Part shown: one piece after another, positions 6,862 through 16,066 of the stretch
How positions within the stretch are numbered: the first letter of the stretch is position 1
How the letters are laid out: each line of letters starts with the position of its first letter
IMG/VR virus record: IMGVR_UViG_3300016471_000493
Length of the DNA stretch: 27,123 bases
Strand: one strand, 5' to 3'
From: an uncultured virus (IMG/VR IMGVR_UViG_3300016471_000493)
Taxonomy: Duplodnaviria; Heunggongvirae; Uroviricota; Caudoviricetes
Program-made: the position numbers and the translations under genes
The notes under the pieces: generated by a model
Databases searched by the model: none
What the model saw: only the letters and a program-made list of their open reading frames with translations
Told to the model about the DNA's origin: nothing

Positions 6862-7905
6862 GTGGTTAAAAATTTAATTACTGAGAAAATTGGAGTTGCA
6901 GAACCAACTTTACCATATATCACCATAGTGTACGAAGAGCTCAAAGGTAAGACAATAGAGTTTTATAATTCAAATTTAACGAAATATGAAGAACAGATTG
7001 TAATAAATCTCAAAGATATGTCTTTTATTTACAAAGAATATTTTTCATTATTTGTTCAATTTCCTGTTGAAAAATTGATAATAAATTATACCGCAGTAAA
7101 AAAACCACAAAAAAATAAAGATTTGGTGAATTTGGGTGTAACATACTCAACTATGGGAGCGGCGTATAATATTGGTAGACGTGAAGATAATGTCTCATAC
7201 ATTAAAAAAACTAGTTCAACACTACCTAAATATGTTTTAGAGGATATTCAAAATAGTTTAGTTCTCAAGTCAAACTTCAATATAGAAATGAGTCCAACGT
7301 CATCTGAAGAAGAATTAAATGATCTTTTGAAAGATTTGGAAGACACAGTCTACCACGAATTCACACATTTTTATGAATATTATAAACGTTTAGAATCTGG
7401 TTCTAAAGCTCTAGATTTTACTTTAGCTTATGCTGGATCTAAAAACTATAATGTTCCAAAATCTATTTTCAAACTTTGGAGTAAGTTTCTTTACCTCGTT
7501 TATTTTTCAGAACCATATGAAGTTAGAGCGGTTACTCAAGAAATTTTCAATAAACTGAAAAGAATGTCTTTGAGTGAATTCAGACAAACAACATATGGGA
7601 CAGTTATAAAAAAAATGATTAATTTCAACGCAGAAGAAGAATATAACAATTTATTAGAGGAAATAGCAAATTACAATCCAAATTTGGAAACAAGTATTTT
7701 AACTCGACTGTATAATTGGTATATGAAAGATTATGTTTCTAGTGGTAGCCCACCTCTAGAAAAAATTGTAATGAAAACTTCAGATATTAAGTCATTAATG
7801 AAAAAATTTCAAGAACGAATTAATAGAGCCGGAAGAGATCTTAATAAAAAAGCGCTCACTTTTTCGGCTATGAATTCAAAAGACCAGTTTGGAATTCCTT
7901 TATGA
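6862..7905 (+). CDS. Leader-bearing zincin-like metalloprotease
   Basis: Leader MVKNLITE. VYHEFTH with downstream EPYEVRA. Resembles 9448-10968. Confidence 0.7.
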   Translation: MVKNLITEKIGVAEPTLPYITIVYEELKGKTIEFYNSNLTKYEEQIVINLKDMSFIYKEYFSLFVQFPVEKLIINYTAVKKPQKNKDLVNLGVTYSTMGAAYNIGRREDNVSYIKKTSSTLPKYVLEDIQNSLVLKSNFNIEMSPTSSEEELNDLLKDLEDTVYHEFTHFYEYYKRLESGSKALDFTLAYAGSKNYNVPKSIFKLWSKFLYLVYFSEPYEVRAVTQEIFNKLKRMSLSEFRQTTYGTVIKKMINFNAEEEYNNLLEEIANYNPNLETSILTRLYNWYMKDYVSSGSPPLEKIVMKTSDIKSLMKKFQERINRAGRDLNKKALTFSAMNSKDQFGIPL

Positions 7906-7908
7906 ATT

Positions 7909-8628
7909 TCAAACTTTGAATATTTTTTCTATTTTAGGAACTGAAGAGGCTATTACAGTATCACGTCTATCTTGCATCGATAATTTAAAAAGTTCGTTGG
8001 GATTCAAGATATTTTGATTTTCAATTCTATTATTCAATTTATCTGCAAATTTTTTAAAAAACCCAGGTCCATTCCAAGTAGCATATATGAAATGGAATTC
8101 TAATTTCGGATCGGAATTAACAATCTTAATACTTTCAGGGTTAAGATATTTTTTCGATAAATTATCATAAGACTTTTCTAGTATTCTACTCAATAAATTT
8201 CTTAACCTTTCACCAAGACTTCCTGTTGGTTTGTAATTATATTTCCAAACATCCTTATTTTTATTTTGATCCACTAGTTTCCAAAATTCTAATCCTTCAG
8301 GTGTAGTGTTTAAATGACCACCATTTTTTCGATCTAAACCAAACAAGGTTTCTCCTGACTTACCCATTTTACTATTGTAATGCCATGAAGGGTTATAATA
8401 TCCGCCCTCTAAATTTTCAATAATTTTGTCAGTTGCTTGTCTAAAATTTTTGAATTGTAAATTTGGTTGTGAATTAAGATTCAAATCATCATAATTTAAA
8501 CTACTTTGGTTAATAAGTTCATTTTTTAATTCTTTATCTAAGATATATTTTAACATATTACCATATAAATCATCTTGTTCATACATCAATTGATGTTGTC
8601 TCAGAATTTCTTCATTTAATTTTTTCAT
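7909..8628 (-). CDS. Leader-bearing GH108-like lysozyme
   Basis: Leader MKKLNEEILRQHQLMYE. LEGGYYN...GETLFGLDR matches the GH108 EGGY/GETxxG signature. Confidence 0.75.
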   Translation of the reverse strand: MKKLNEEILRQHQLMYEQDDLYGNMLKYILDKELKNELINQSSLNYDDLNLNSQPNLQFKNFRQATDKIIENLEGGYYNPSWHYNSKMGKSGETLFGLDRKNGGHLNTTPEGLEFWKLVDQNKNKDVWKYNYKPTGSLGERLRNLLSRILEKSYDNLSKKYLNPESIKIVNSDPKLEFHFIYATWNGPGFFKKFADKLNNRIENQNILNPNELFKLSMQDRRDTVIASSVPKIEKIFKV

Positions 8629-8704
8629 TTTTTTAAATTAATGTATTTATAATAAATCAGCAACCCTAAGGACTAGGCCAACAATATTAGATTTAAATCC
8701 GAAA

Positions 8705-9145
8705 TCATTTTGATTTTGAATTGACAACAGCATTAAGTATCAACTCTCCCAAATCGTTCAATTCTTGTGTGGAGAATATATTTCGATCTAAATAACTTTT
8801 GAACTTATCAATTATTTTTTCAGTATTTGCTGGTCTTCCTCTTGATCCAAGTGGAGATGGTATTTTTGGTTCTGAGCCCAAATCCATTCTTGGTCTTCCA
8901 CGTCTTTTTATTTCACCAGAAATAGGTTCTGTAGTTGGGGTATCTAAAGGATTTTTACGAGGTCGGCCTCTTTTTTTCATAGCAGGAATTCCTGGTTCAA
9001 TTTCACTAGACATAGTTGATTTAGGTGATCTTGGTGGATCTATTTCGTAATAAGGTTTAAAACCCTCTTCCAAAATTGATTTACTATCGACCTTCAACCA
9101 TTCGGCCAATTTCTGTAATTGCTGTTCATTTAATTTAACTTTCAT
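8705..9145 (-). CDS. Leader-bearing AT-hook DNA-binding protein
   Basis: Leader MKVKLNEQQL...ILEE. KKRGRPRK, KRRGRPR and SRGRP lie in a Pro-rich linker. TATTTATA lies at 9166-9159. Confidence 0.8.
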   Translation of the reverse strand: MKVKLNEQQLQKLAEWLKVDSKSILEEGFKPYYEIDPPRSPKSTMSSEIEPGIPAMKKRGRPRKNPLDTPTTEPISGEIKRRGRPRMDLGSEPKIPSPLGSRGRPANTEKIIDKFKSYLDRNIFSTQELNDLGELILNAVVNSKSK

Positions 9146-9177
9146 CTTAAATTTTATTTATAAATACTCTTAAAATG

Positions 9178-9205
9178 AAAAACCCCTCACATTGGAGGGG
9201 TTTTC
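9178..9205 (-). terminator. Intrinsic terminator (probably bidirectional)
   Basis: AAAACCCCTC-ACATTG-GAGGGGTTTT downstream of the holin-like gene. Confidence 0.8.
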
Positions 9206-9221
9206 TTCTTATTGGTGTGTA

Positions 9222-9392
9222 TTACTTTTTTTTATCGAATACTGACCAAATAGTTCCGATGAATGTAATTACAGCACCTGTAACTTCTTGAACCATCGTT
9301 TCATCAACAAGTCCTTTCATAAGTAAAAGACCTCCAACGAATGTGAGACCATGTCTTACGATCCCCATTAATTGTTCTTTTGATAATTTCAT
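9222..9392 (-). CDS. Small two-helix membrane protein, putative holin (Pam3-gp28-like)
   Basis: MKLSKEQLMGIVRHGLTFVGGLLLMKG...IGTIWSVFDKKK. TATTTATA lies at 9447-9440. Confidence 0.7.
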   Translation of the reverse strand: MKLSKEQLMGIVRHGLTFVGGLLLMKGLVDETMVQEVTGAVITFIGTIWSVFDKKK

Positions 9393-9447
9393 ATTTTTTT
9401 GGTTTAAAGGATTATGATTTGTAAGCGCTAACAATCATTTATAAATA

Positions 9448-10968
9448 TCACACAATTGGAAAGAACTCCCAACCTTTGAATCCGTAAATTACACCATACT
9501 CATCAACCATAATTTTCATTTTTTCGGCTAATCTTTTAGCTTCAAAATCATTTTTTAGTTTACCAGCCACCGCTTCTCCTTCTTTAGGTTCGTCAATACG
9601 TTCAACTACATAGTAATAACCTTCGACGGGTTTGTCATTGATAAGTCTTATACTAAAATATTTTTCATTAGGCTCTGAAGAGTCTGACTCGTAAATATCC
9701 CAACCTTGTCTTCGAGCTTCTTCACCATGAGTCTCTTGAAACCACTCCACAAAATCTCTTACATTATCAAAATCATAGAAAATTTTTTCAAAATCGGATA
9801 AATTCCCTTGTTTATTAACAAAACTATCTTCAAAAATATTTTTGTTTTTTAACTGAGCATACAATTCAAAATTTACAATAGATTCATTCATTTTTGTGTG
9901 ACCGATATAGTCATATAATTTGGATAATTTTTTAATCATTTTCATTGATACAAACTTAAACAATTTTTCCGTTTTGTCCAAAAATTTATTTGGATCTGAC
10001 ATAAGTTTATCCACTTTATTCTTAACAAATTTTTCGTAAATTTCACGTTTTTCTCCTTTAAAAACACCAAACATTCGTTCAATAAAATCATCGGCTAAAT
10101 AATGTGTGAAACTTTCTATATTACGGTCTCTAAAAGTTTTAACCCATAATTCAATCATGGCGTTAACCAATTCATCATCATTTTGATAATCATCGAGGTT
10201 TTTGCCGACACCTTCCAAAATTTCTTTTATTTCATCAATATAATTGTACAAACTTTTTTTAAACTTTTCTTTGGAAAACTGTGATATTTTTTGTAGTTTT
10301 AGATAGGTTTCATTGGATAAAAGGAAATCCAAAAATTTACTCTTATCAATGTCTTGTAAAATCATTTGTGTGGCGATTTCAGAAGGTCTCACCAATGATT
10401 CAATATTTGAGGTATAATACAGATTAAACGCCAACCTCTGAAGAGGTTTTATCGAACCCATCATTTTTTTAGCCGCGTGATAGGATATTAATTTTCTAGA
10501 ATTAATTCCTTTCGACTTATAGTCATCATATAAATGTTTTAATTCATGAGCTATTGATGAAATTGACGATTTATAATTTTCGGATAAAAATATTTTGAGG
10601 TCTGTCACGTCCCAATTTTCAGGAACCGCTATCTCTACTCCTAAATTGACTGATCCTACTTCTAACTTATTGTTAATTTTTAGTTTTTTATCTTCGATTT
10701 TAGTTCTAATTTTACCTTTTTGAGACCATTCTAAAAATTTTGGCGAATCAACTTTATCTGTTACAAATAATTCTACATCAAAATTTATATTATCTAAATT
10801 CATATCACCAATTTGTGCTGGTGGGTTCAATTTAAAGTTTAAAGTATAATCAGTTTGTGATTCGTTGAGTTCATCCTCCAAATGTCTTATAAACCCTTCA
10901 TATATTATAACAGACGCTTGGTATAATCCATCCAGTACACCTAATCTTTCATTAAGTATTTTTTTCAT
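9448..10968 (-). CDS. Leader-bearing zincin-like protein with extra C-terminal domain
   Basis: Likely ATG at 10968 (MKKILNE-RLGV). IAHELKH with downstream IESLVRPSE. Confidence 0.72.
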   Translation of the reverse strand: MKKILNERLGVLDGLYQASVIIYEGFIRHLEDELNESQTDYTLNFKLNPPAQIGDMNLDNINFDVELFVTDKVDSPKFLEWSQKGKIRTKIEDKKLKINNKLEVGSVNLGVEIAVPENWDVTDLKIFLSENYKSSISSIAHELKHLYDDYKSKGINSRKLISYHAAKKMMGSIKPLQRLAFNLYYTSNIESLVRPSEIATQMILQDIDKSKFLDFLLSNETYLKLQKISQFSKEKFKKSLYNYIDEIKEILEGVGKNLDDYQNDDELVNAMIELWVKTFRDRNIESFTHYLADDFIERMFGVFKGEKREIYEKFVKNKVDKLMSDPNKFLDKTEKLFKFVSMKMIKKLSKLYDYIGHTKMNESIVNFELYAQLKNKNIFEDSFVNKQGNLSDFEKIFYDFDNVRDFVEWFQETHGEEARRQGWDIYESDSSEPNEKYFSIRLINDKPVEGYYYVVERIDEPKEGEAVAGKLKNDFEAKRLAEKMKIMVDEYGVIYGFKGWEFFPIV

Positions 10969-10969
10969 A

Positions 10970-11689
10970 TCAATTTTTTCTTTTAACCCAAGCAATTCTT
11001 AATAAATGAGCTGGTGTTGCTTGAACATTACCTCCAACATTATGTAACACAATTGGTACATTGTCCACAATGACCATTACTCTACCAACATGCGTGTTCA
11101 TCGCCCATAAATTATTTTGACTCCTATTTTTATCACTCAAAAAACCTTCGTAAAATGCCTCCTCATGATGTGAAGATGGTGGATAAAATATACCAACTAA
11201 ATCTCCATTTTGTAGCGGAATATTTGGTCTAGATGGTACAATACCATTTACAAACTGTGCAATATCGTCTTTATACGGACCATTCTCAACACCACCTCCC
11301 TTTTGATTTATTGTATTCCACATTTGTTGAGCGTATTTAATTTTTTCAGGGGGAATGTTGTTGAATGCGGAATAGACTATCTTACCAGGACCTTGTTTAT
11401 AGGTTGTCCAAGCTTTACCAATATAATTCAAATCGTCGGAAATATCATTAATGAATTGTGCACAATTTTCATCGTTTGGTTTACAAATTCTGTTGGTAGA
11501 ACTATCGGTACTAATCTCTGAAAAATCAATTTGTTTTTTGAATTCAGGGCTCATTTGAGGATGAACAGCAATTTTTGGTTTTTCAATACCCAAAGTCCTT
11601 TTTATTTTTTTAAATAAGTTTTGTTCATTAACGACCTTGTTGATTATATCAACCAATTCAGATTCAGTTAACTTGATTATTTTTTTCAT
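10970..11689 (-). CDS. Leader-bearing CHAP/NlpC-P60-like cysteine hydrolase
   Basis: Leader MKKIIKLTESELVDIINKVVNE. ENCAQFIN...GKAW...GDLVGI...THVGRV...HNVGG. TATTTAT lies at 11728-11722. Confidence 0.72.
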   Translation of the reverse strand: MKKIIKLTESELVDIINKVVNEQNLFKKIKRTLGIEKPKIAVHPQMSPEFKKQIDFSEISTDSSTNRICKPNDENCAQFINDISDDLNYIGKAWTTYKQGPGKIVYSAFNNIPPEKIKYAQQMWNTINQKGGGVENGPYKDDIAQFVNGIVPSRPNIPLQNGDLVGIFYPPSSHHEEAFYEGFLSDKNRSQNNLWAMNTHVGRVMVIVDNVPIVLHNVGGNVQATPAHLLRIAWVKRKN

Positions 11690-11771
11690 AAGTCAAAAAA
11701 AAACCATTTTTCGGTTTTTTAATAAATAGTAATCGATTAAAAAAAAAATTGTTTAAACGAACTTTTTCTAT

Positions 11772-11779
11772 TATCTTTG
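11772..11779 (+). promoter_or_regulatory. Bacteroidota-type -7 promoter element
   Basis: TATCTTTG just before ATG 11785, with ATTG 20 nt upstream. Confidence 0.6.
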
Positions 11780-11784
11780 GGATT

Positions 11785-12363
11785 ATGATGAAAAAAACCT
11801 TATTAATTTTGATTTTTATTTTGATGACATCATTAATCCCATTTTTGAGTAAAAACCAAAAAATTTATATTCAACCTATGGGATATGTGTCTCAAGACAA
11901 ATTGAAAATAATCGAAGAAAATTTAACTAAAACATACAACACCGAAGTCATTGTATTAGAAAAAGTCAAGATACCAAATGAAGTGAGAATAAAAAATACT
12001 GACAGACTCAGTGCTAATAAAATACTCAAGATCTATAACTCTATCTCATCATTCAAGAATAAAAAAATTTTAATTATTACTTCAAAAGACATCTGTACCA
12101 CTAGATTTTTGAACGGAAAAAATTTTAAAAATTGGGGTATTTTTGGTTTGGGTACTATAAATGGTTCTGCTTGTGTAGTTTCAACTTTTAGAATTAAATC
12201 GACTAGTAGACTTATAAAAGTCGCTATTCATGAAATAGGCCATACTAAAGGTTTATCGCATTGTGAAAATTTTAAGTGTGTGATGACAGACGCTAAGGGG
12301 TATGGTAAAAATGTAGACCAAGCACGGTTTAATTTTTGTCAAAAATGTTCTAAAAAAATTTAA
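11785..12363 (+). CDS. Archaemetzincin (peptidase M54-like) with signal/anchor helix
   Basis: HEIGHTKGLSHC...CVM...FCQKC. Hydrophobic N-terminus. Confidence 0.88.
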   Translation: MMKKTLLILIFILMTSLIPFLSKNQKIYIQPMGYVSQDKLKIIEENLTKTYNTEVIVLEKVKIPNEVRIKNTDRLSANKILKIYNSISSFKNKKILIITSKDICTTRFLNGKNFKNWGIFGLGTINGSACVVSTFRIKSTSRLIKVAIHEIGHTKGLSHCENFKCVMTDAKGYGKNVDQARFNFCQKCSKKI

Positions 12364-12370
12364 CTTTTTT

Positions 12371-13609
12371 CTAATTGAAAAAATCCCAAATACTTTTACC
12401 AATTTCTTTTCCTTTTGACTCAATATAATCCAAGGTTTTTTGAAACATAGACGCTTGTACTATTTTAATATCACCGTCTCTACCATTATCTGGTAATACT
12501 ATAATCCAAGAAGGTTTATATGTGCCCACCTTTTCTAAAAATTGTCTATCTACGTTGATACATCCCGCTCCAACTCTTGTGGAATCTCCACTAGTTCCTG
12601 ATATATCAAAAGGTACAAATTTTTTTTGAGCTTCACTGGCCACTGATTCTCTGTTCTTATTTGCATACCCATGTAATGCTGCAGGTCCAGCATAACTGTA
12701 TGTATTTCCTCCAGGTATTTTTCCTTTTGGATCACCAGATCCTCCAACTAGATAATTAGAAGTAAATCCAGAGCCTAATTTAAAAAGTCCCGAAGGAGTA
12801 AAATCTTTGTTTACGGCTTTTCTGGCGGTATAAGAATATGGAAATTCGATTTTGGGGTTTATTTTTTTTGCAGACAATAAAGAATCGAAAGTTGGATATT
12901 TTTTCACAAAATTGATTATATTTTTTGCCTCTTGGTTATTAGGATTTTTTTGAGCCCAATCAACCGAAATATTCCACCAATCTTTATGAGACCCGAATTG
13001 CCCCACCCCTGGATCTTTTAATCTACCAGTAGCTATAAATGAATTAGTAATAAATTTATAATTTGGGCCGAATAAAGCTGCTATTGCTTTATCTTTATTA
13101 ACTATGATCCAAGAATCTGATTTAAATTTACCTTCTTTTTTTAATTTGGAAAAAAAATACCAAGATCTAGGCGATATTTCACCTGCTACTTTTTGAAAAT
13201 TTTGCTGTGACAAAAAAGAAGTGTCTCTACTAGAGGTATCTACTCCTGTAGATTCTGAAGGAGGATTATAATATTTTGATTGGGTTTTATTAAAAATATT
13301 TTGTGAAGCTAAAGAAGTTACACCTAATTTGGCTAAGGTGGGCGAATTTAAAATCCCATCTGGTTTTAAACTATTTTTTCTTTGAAAGTCTTTTACCGCA
13401 GTTTTAGTTAGTGGCCCGTACTTACCATCAATACCATCTTTGTCTGGACCAAAATTACCCAAATTATAACCCAAACTCTTAAGTTTTGTTTGAATAGTTG
13501 TTATTGTGTCTAAAGTATACGGTATTGGGTTTCCCGTACCTTGTTCCGATAATACTTTATTAATTATTTTTAGTAAATCAGATTCGTATAATTTAATTAT
13601 TTTTTTCAT
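12371..13609 (-). CDS. Leader-bearing peptidoglycan-binding plus L,D-transpeptidase (YkuD)-like protein
   Basis: Leader MKKIIKLYESDLLKIINKVLSE. IQTKLKSLGY...DGKYGPLTKTAVKDFQ (PG_binding_1). IATGR...TPSG...ALHG...GAGCINV. An alternative start is at 13666. Confidence 0.8.
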   Translation of the reverse strand: MKKIIKLYESDLLKIINKVLSEQGTGNPIPYTLDTITTIQTKLKSLGYNLGNFGPDKDGIDGKYGPLTKTAVKDFQRKNSLKPDGILNSPTLAKLGVTSLASQNIFNKTQSKYYNPPSESTGVDTSSRDTSFLSQQNFQKVAGEISPRSWYFFSKLKKEGKFKSDSWIIVNKDKAIAALFGPNYKFITNSFIATGRLKDPGVGQFGSHKDWWNISVDWAQKNPNNQEAKNIINFVKKYPTFDSLLSAKKINPKIEFPYSYTARKAVNKDFTPSGLFKLGSGFTSNYLVGGSGDPKGKIPGGNTYSYAGPAALHGYANKNRESVASEAQKKFVPFDISGTSGDSTRVGAGCINVDRQFLEKVGTYKPSWIIVLPDNGRDGDIKIVQASMFQKTLDYIESKGKEIGKSIWDFFN

Positions 13610-13680
13610 GCGTGTTTTTTTTGTATAAAATCTTTTAATTGTATTTTCATTAATTTGGAAGACCATATTGGTAAATATTA

Positions 13681-14607
13681 TCAATTTGTTCTATGTAACA
13701 CATTTCTCATTACACTTTCTGGTCTCATTACCCTAGACTTTATACCTAATAAATCTACAAATTGTATTCCTTTTTGTGGATCATAAATAAAATTACTTCT
13801 TTTAGGGTCAAGTTGTATTTTTTTACTATAAAGTTCTTGTAAATCGTTTTCAAAATTTTTTATATGATTCGAAGGAATCATGTGTATTTCTTCTTTTGTC
13901 ATTTTTTCCATAGACTTACCAATAGCTTTTTGTTGTACTAAATAAACGGTTTCATTACCTTTTGAATCGAGAAAAGATTTTACTTGTACAGTTTTCATGA
14001 CTCTTGGTGATTTAACTGTATTCATAAATTTTAAATTTTGAATACCTGGATCAGTCCAACCTGTTCCAGCTTTAGCTACATATCCATTTCCTAAGTCAAA
14101 TACACCTTTATTGTTTAACCCTTCACCACCAGATATGTTTATTTTATTTTTTAATTGAGTAGGAAAGCGTAAAATATCTTTTTGTGGACTGTTTTGTACT
14201 AATGTTTTGTTTTTATTTTGTAAAATTTTGTTTCTTAAAGCAATTTCAGCGTCTATTAAGTTTTTTGAATTATTAACATCCATTGCATATTTCAAATTTA
14301 ATTTTTCTATTTCTTTGGCATATTGTTCACGACTGATTTCTTTTTTTTTCAGTTTTTCTATAAAAAAATTTTGTTCTGATTGGTATTGTTGTCGTAAAGT
14401 TCTTATTTTATGTAATTTTTGTGTATTTTTTGGCTGAAAAATTTTTTTTACAAACTGAGATCCTCCTTTGTAAATAGGTTGAATAAGTCTAGGATTTTCA
14501 TTTAAAAATTTTTCTAGAATATATTGTTTTAAATTTTCTTTAATTTCATTTTCAAAATGAATTTTATAAAGATTCATAGTTTTTTTATTTTTCGGTTGAA
14601 AGACCAT
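13681..14607 (-). CDS. Phage protein with C-terminal protein-kinase-like domain
   Basis: GGEGLNNKGVF, YVAK, LDPKRSNF and FVDL correspond to kinase subdomains I, II, VIb and VII. An alternative start is at 14577. Confidence 0.68.
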   Translation of the reverse strand: MVFQPKNKKTMNLYKIHFENEIKENLKQYILEKFLNENPRLIQPIYKGGSQFVKKIFQPKNTQKLHKIRTLRQQYQSEQNFFIEKLKKKEISREQYAKEIEKLNLKYAMDVNNSKNLIDAEIALRNKILQNKNKTLVQNSPQKDILRFPTQLKNKINISGGEGLNNKGVFDLGNGYVAKAGTGWTDPGIQNLKFMNTVKSPRVMKTVQVKSFLDSKGNETVYLVQQKAIGKSMEKMTKEEIHMIPSNHIKNFENDLQELYSKKIQLDPKRSNFIYDPQKGIQFVDLLGIKSRVMRPESVMRNVLHRTN

Positions 14608-14663
14608 ATCAGTAAATATTCAAACTATTTAGTTTTGACGGGTGCATATTAAATATCTTGTCG

Positions 14664-14671
14664 TATATTTG
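14664..14671 (+). promoter_or_regulatory. Bacteroidota-type -7 promoter element
   Basis: TATATTTG 20 nt before ATG 14691, with GGTG 19 nt upstream. Confidence 0.55.
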
Positions 14672-14690
14672 TCGTACAAAAAAATAAACT

Positions 14691-15149
14691 ATGGACATAC
14701 GACAAGCTAATCTGACGGCAATCGAATTGATGGATAAATATGGGTTGTTGGATAAAGGTTGGTGCTTCAAATTTGATAATGCAAAAGTCAGATTTGGATG
14801 TTGTAATTATACACACAAAGTAATTACACTCTCACGACATCTGTGTAAGTTGAATTCAAAAGAAAAGGTTGTTGACACTATTTTACACGAAATAGCCCAT
14901 GCTCTTTGTCCTGGACAACATCACAACCATGTTTGGCAAAGGAAAGCTATCGAGATTGGTTGCTCCGGAAATCGTTGCTATAGTACGGCCGAGGTGGTTC
15001 AACCAAAACTTAAATACACCGCGGTTTGTAAAGGTTGTAATACCGAGTTTAACAGAACCCGTGTTGTTCGAAAGAATTCTTCTTGTGGAAAGTGTTCAAA
15101 TGGTGCTTACAATGAGAATTTCAAGTTGTTTTTCAAACAAAATTACTGA
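14691..15149 (+). CDS. SprT-like zinc metalloprotease with C-terminal zinc ribbon
   Basis: RFGCC...ITLS...DTILHEIAHAL...HNHVW, followed by CKGC...CGKC. Confidence 0.92.
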   Translation: MDIRQANLTAIELMDKYGLLDKGWCFKFDNAKVRFGCCNYTHKVITLSRHLCKLNSKEKVVDTILHEIAHALCPGQHHNHVWQRKAIEIGCSGNRCYSTAEVVQPKLKYTAVCKGCNTEFNRTRVVRKNSSCGKCSNGAYNENFKLFFKQNY

Positions 15150-15165
15150 TACAAATCAAATATGA

Positions 15166-15483
15166 TTACAGTTCTTCGAAATCGGTATACTCTTTGTAGT
15201 CTGTTATATTATCATCATTATTTGTATACTCTTTGAAGTAATCAAGTTCTATATTATAGGGTAGACCCATCATATCCTCGAGATAATTTTGGAATACCTT
15301 CTGATAATTTTTTTCGGGTATACCCAATGATGCCATATGTTTTCTGATCCTTGATGGTATTTCTAGTGTGATTTGATAAGATAATGAATTATTTTGTATT
15401 TCTGGTTGCTCTTTTACAACTCGTCTCTCCAAAATTTGATTTGATTTTTTAATATGTTCAATTTTCCTGAAATTAGTTTTCAT
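15166..15483 (-). CDS. Leader-bearing hypothetical protein
   Basis: Leader MKTNFRKIEHIKKSNQILERRVVKE, then an acidic 80-aa domain. Confidence 0.7.
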   Translation of the reverse strand: MKTNFRKIEHIKKSNQILERRVVKEQPEIQNNSLSYQITLEIPSRIRKHMASLGIPEKNYQKVFQNYLEDMMGLPYNIELDYFKEYTNNDDNITDYKEYTDFEEL

Positions 15484-15493
15484 TTTTTAATTT

Positions 15494-15748
15494 TTAATAA
15501 CGTCCTGTAATATAAATATACAGGACTTCTGGAATTTGAGTACAAACTGTTTCATTACCATCAAAATCGGTACAAGGGATCTCAGGAAGATTATTGACAT
15601 AGGATCTAATTTCACGTGGAGCGATAAATTTACCACGTTTATCTTTACGTAACAATTTCTCGATTAATGGTTCACGTAAATACAATTTATTCCTATCGTA
15701 GTACTCTTTAAGAATAATGTTCAGATAATTTTTTGAACTCGTAGTCAA
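15494..15748 (-). CDS. Hypothetical protein whose 5' end abuts the IS remnant
   Basis: 84-aa ORF. The frame stays open up to the IS right end at 15792. Confidence 0.65.
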   Translation of the reverse strand: MTTSSKNYLNIILKEYYDRNKLYLREPLIEKLLRKDKRGKFIAPREIRSYVNNLPEIPCTDFDGNETVCTQIPEVLYIYITGRY

Positions 15749-15791
15749 GGATTCATTTTTATTTTTCTTGGTTTGATCTAAACTAGGTCTA

Positions 15792-16032
15792 TTGAACTAC
15801 CCAACCACTAAAGATGGTTGTGATTCTGAAACCAAGTTCAGAATTTTGGACGCCTCAGCGATTGTGCCAACAATAGTTGGTCTTATTTCATCTCCACGTC
15901 TGTAATCGTCAGTTCCTGACGATGTTTGTTTATATCCTTTAATTTGGATGTTTTTCATTTGGTTTTTTTTTAGTCAATTCACACCTTCAATTCCATCGGC
16001 TAAAGACCGATGGGTTTTTCGGTGGATTTATT
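15792..16032 (-). mobile_element. Non-autonomous IS200/IS605-family element (left end, tnpB tail/omega-RNA region, right end)
   Basis: Terminal hairpins CCATCGG-CTAAAGA-CCGATGG (15993-16013) and CAACCA-CTAAAGA-TGGTTG (15802-15820). The end reads GGGTAGTTCAA. Residual ORF 15958-15797 resembles a TnpB C-terminal tail. Confidence 0.8.
15797..15958 (-). pseudogene. tnpB: tnpB C-terminal remnant (53 aa)
   Basis: MKNIQIKGYKQTSSGTDDYRRGDEIRPTIVGTIAEASKILNLVSESQPSLVVG*. No RuvC or zinc-finger motifs remain. Confidence 0.6.
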
Positions 16033-16066
16033 ATAAATATCATTGATTGAAAGAATATTTGATGAT

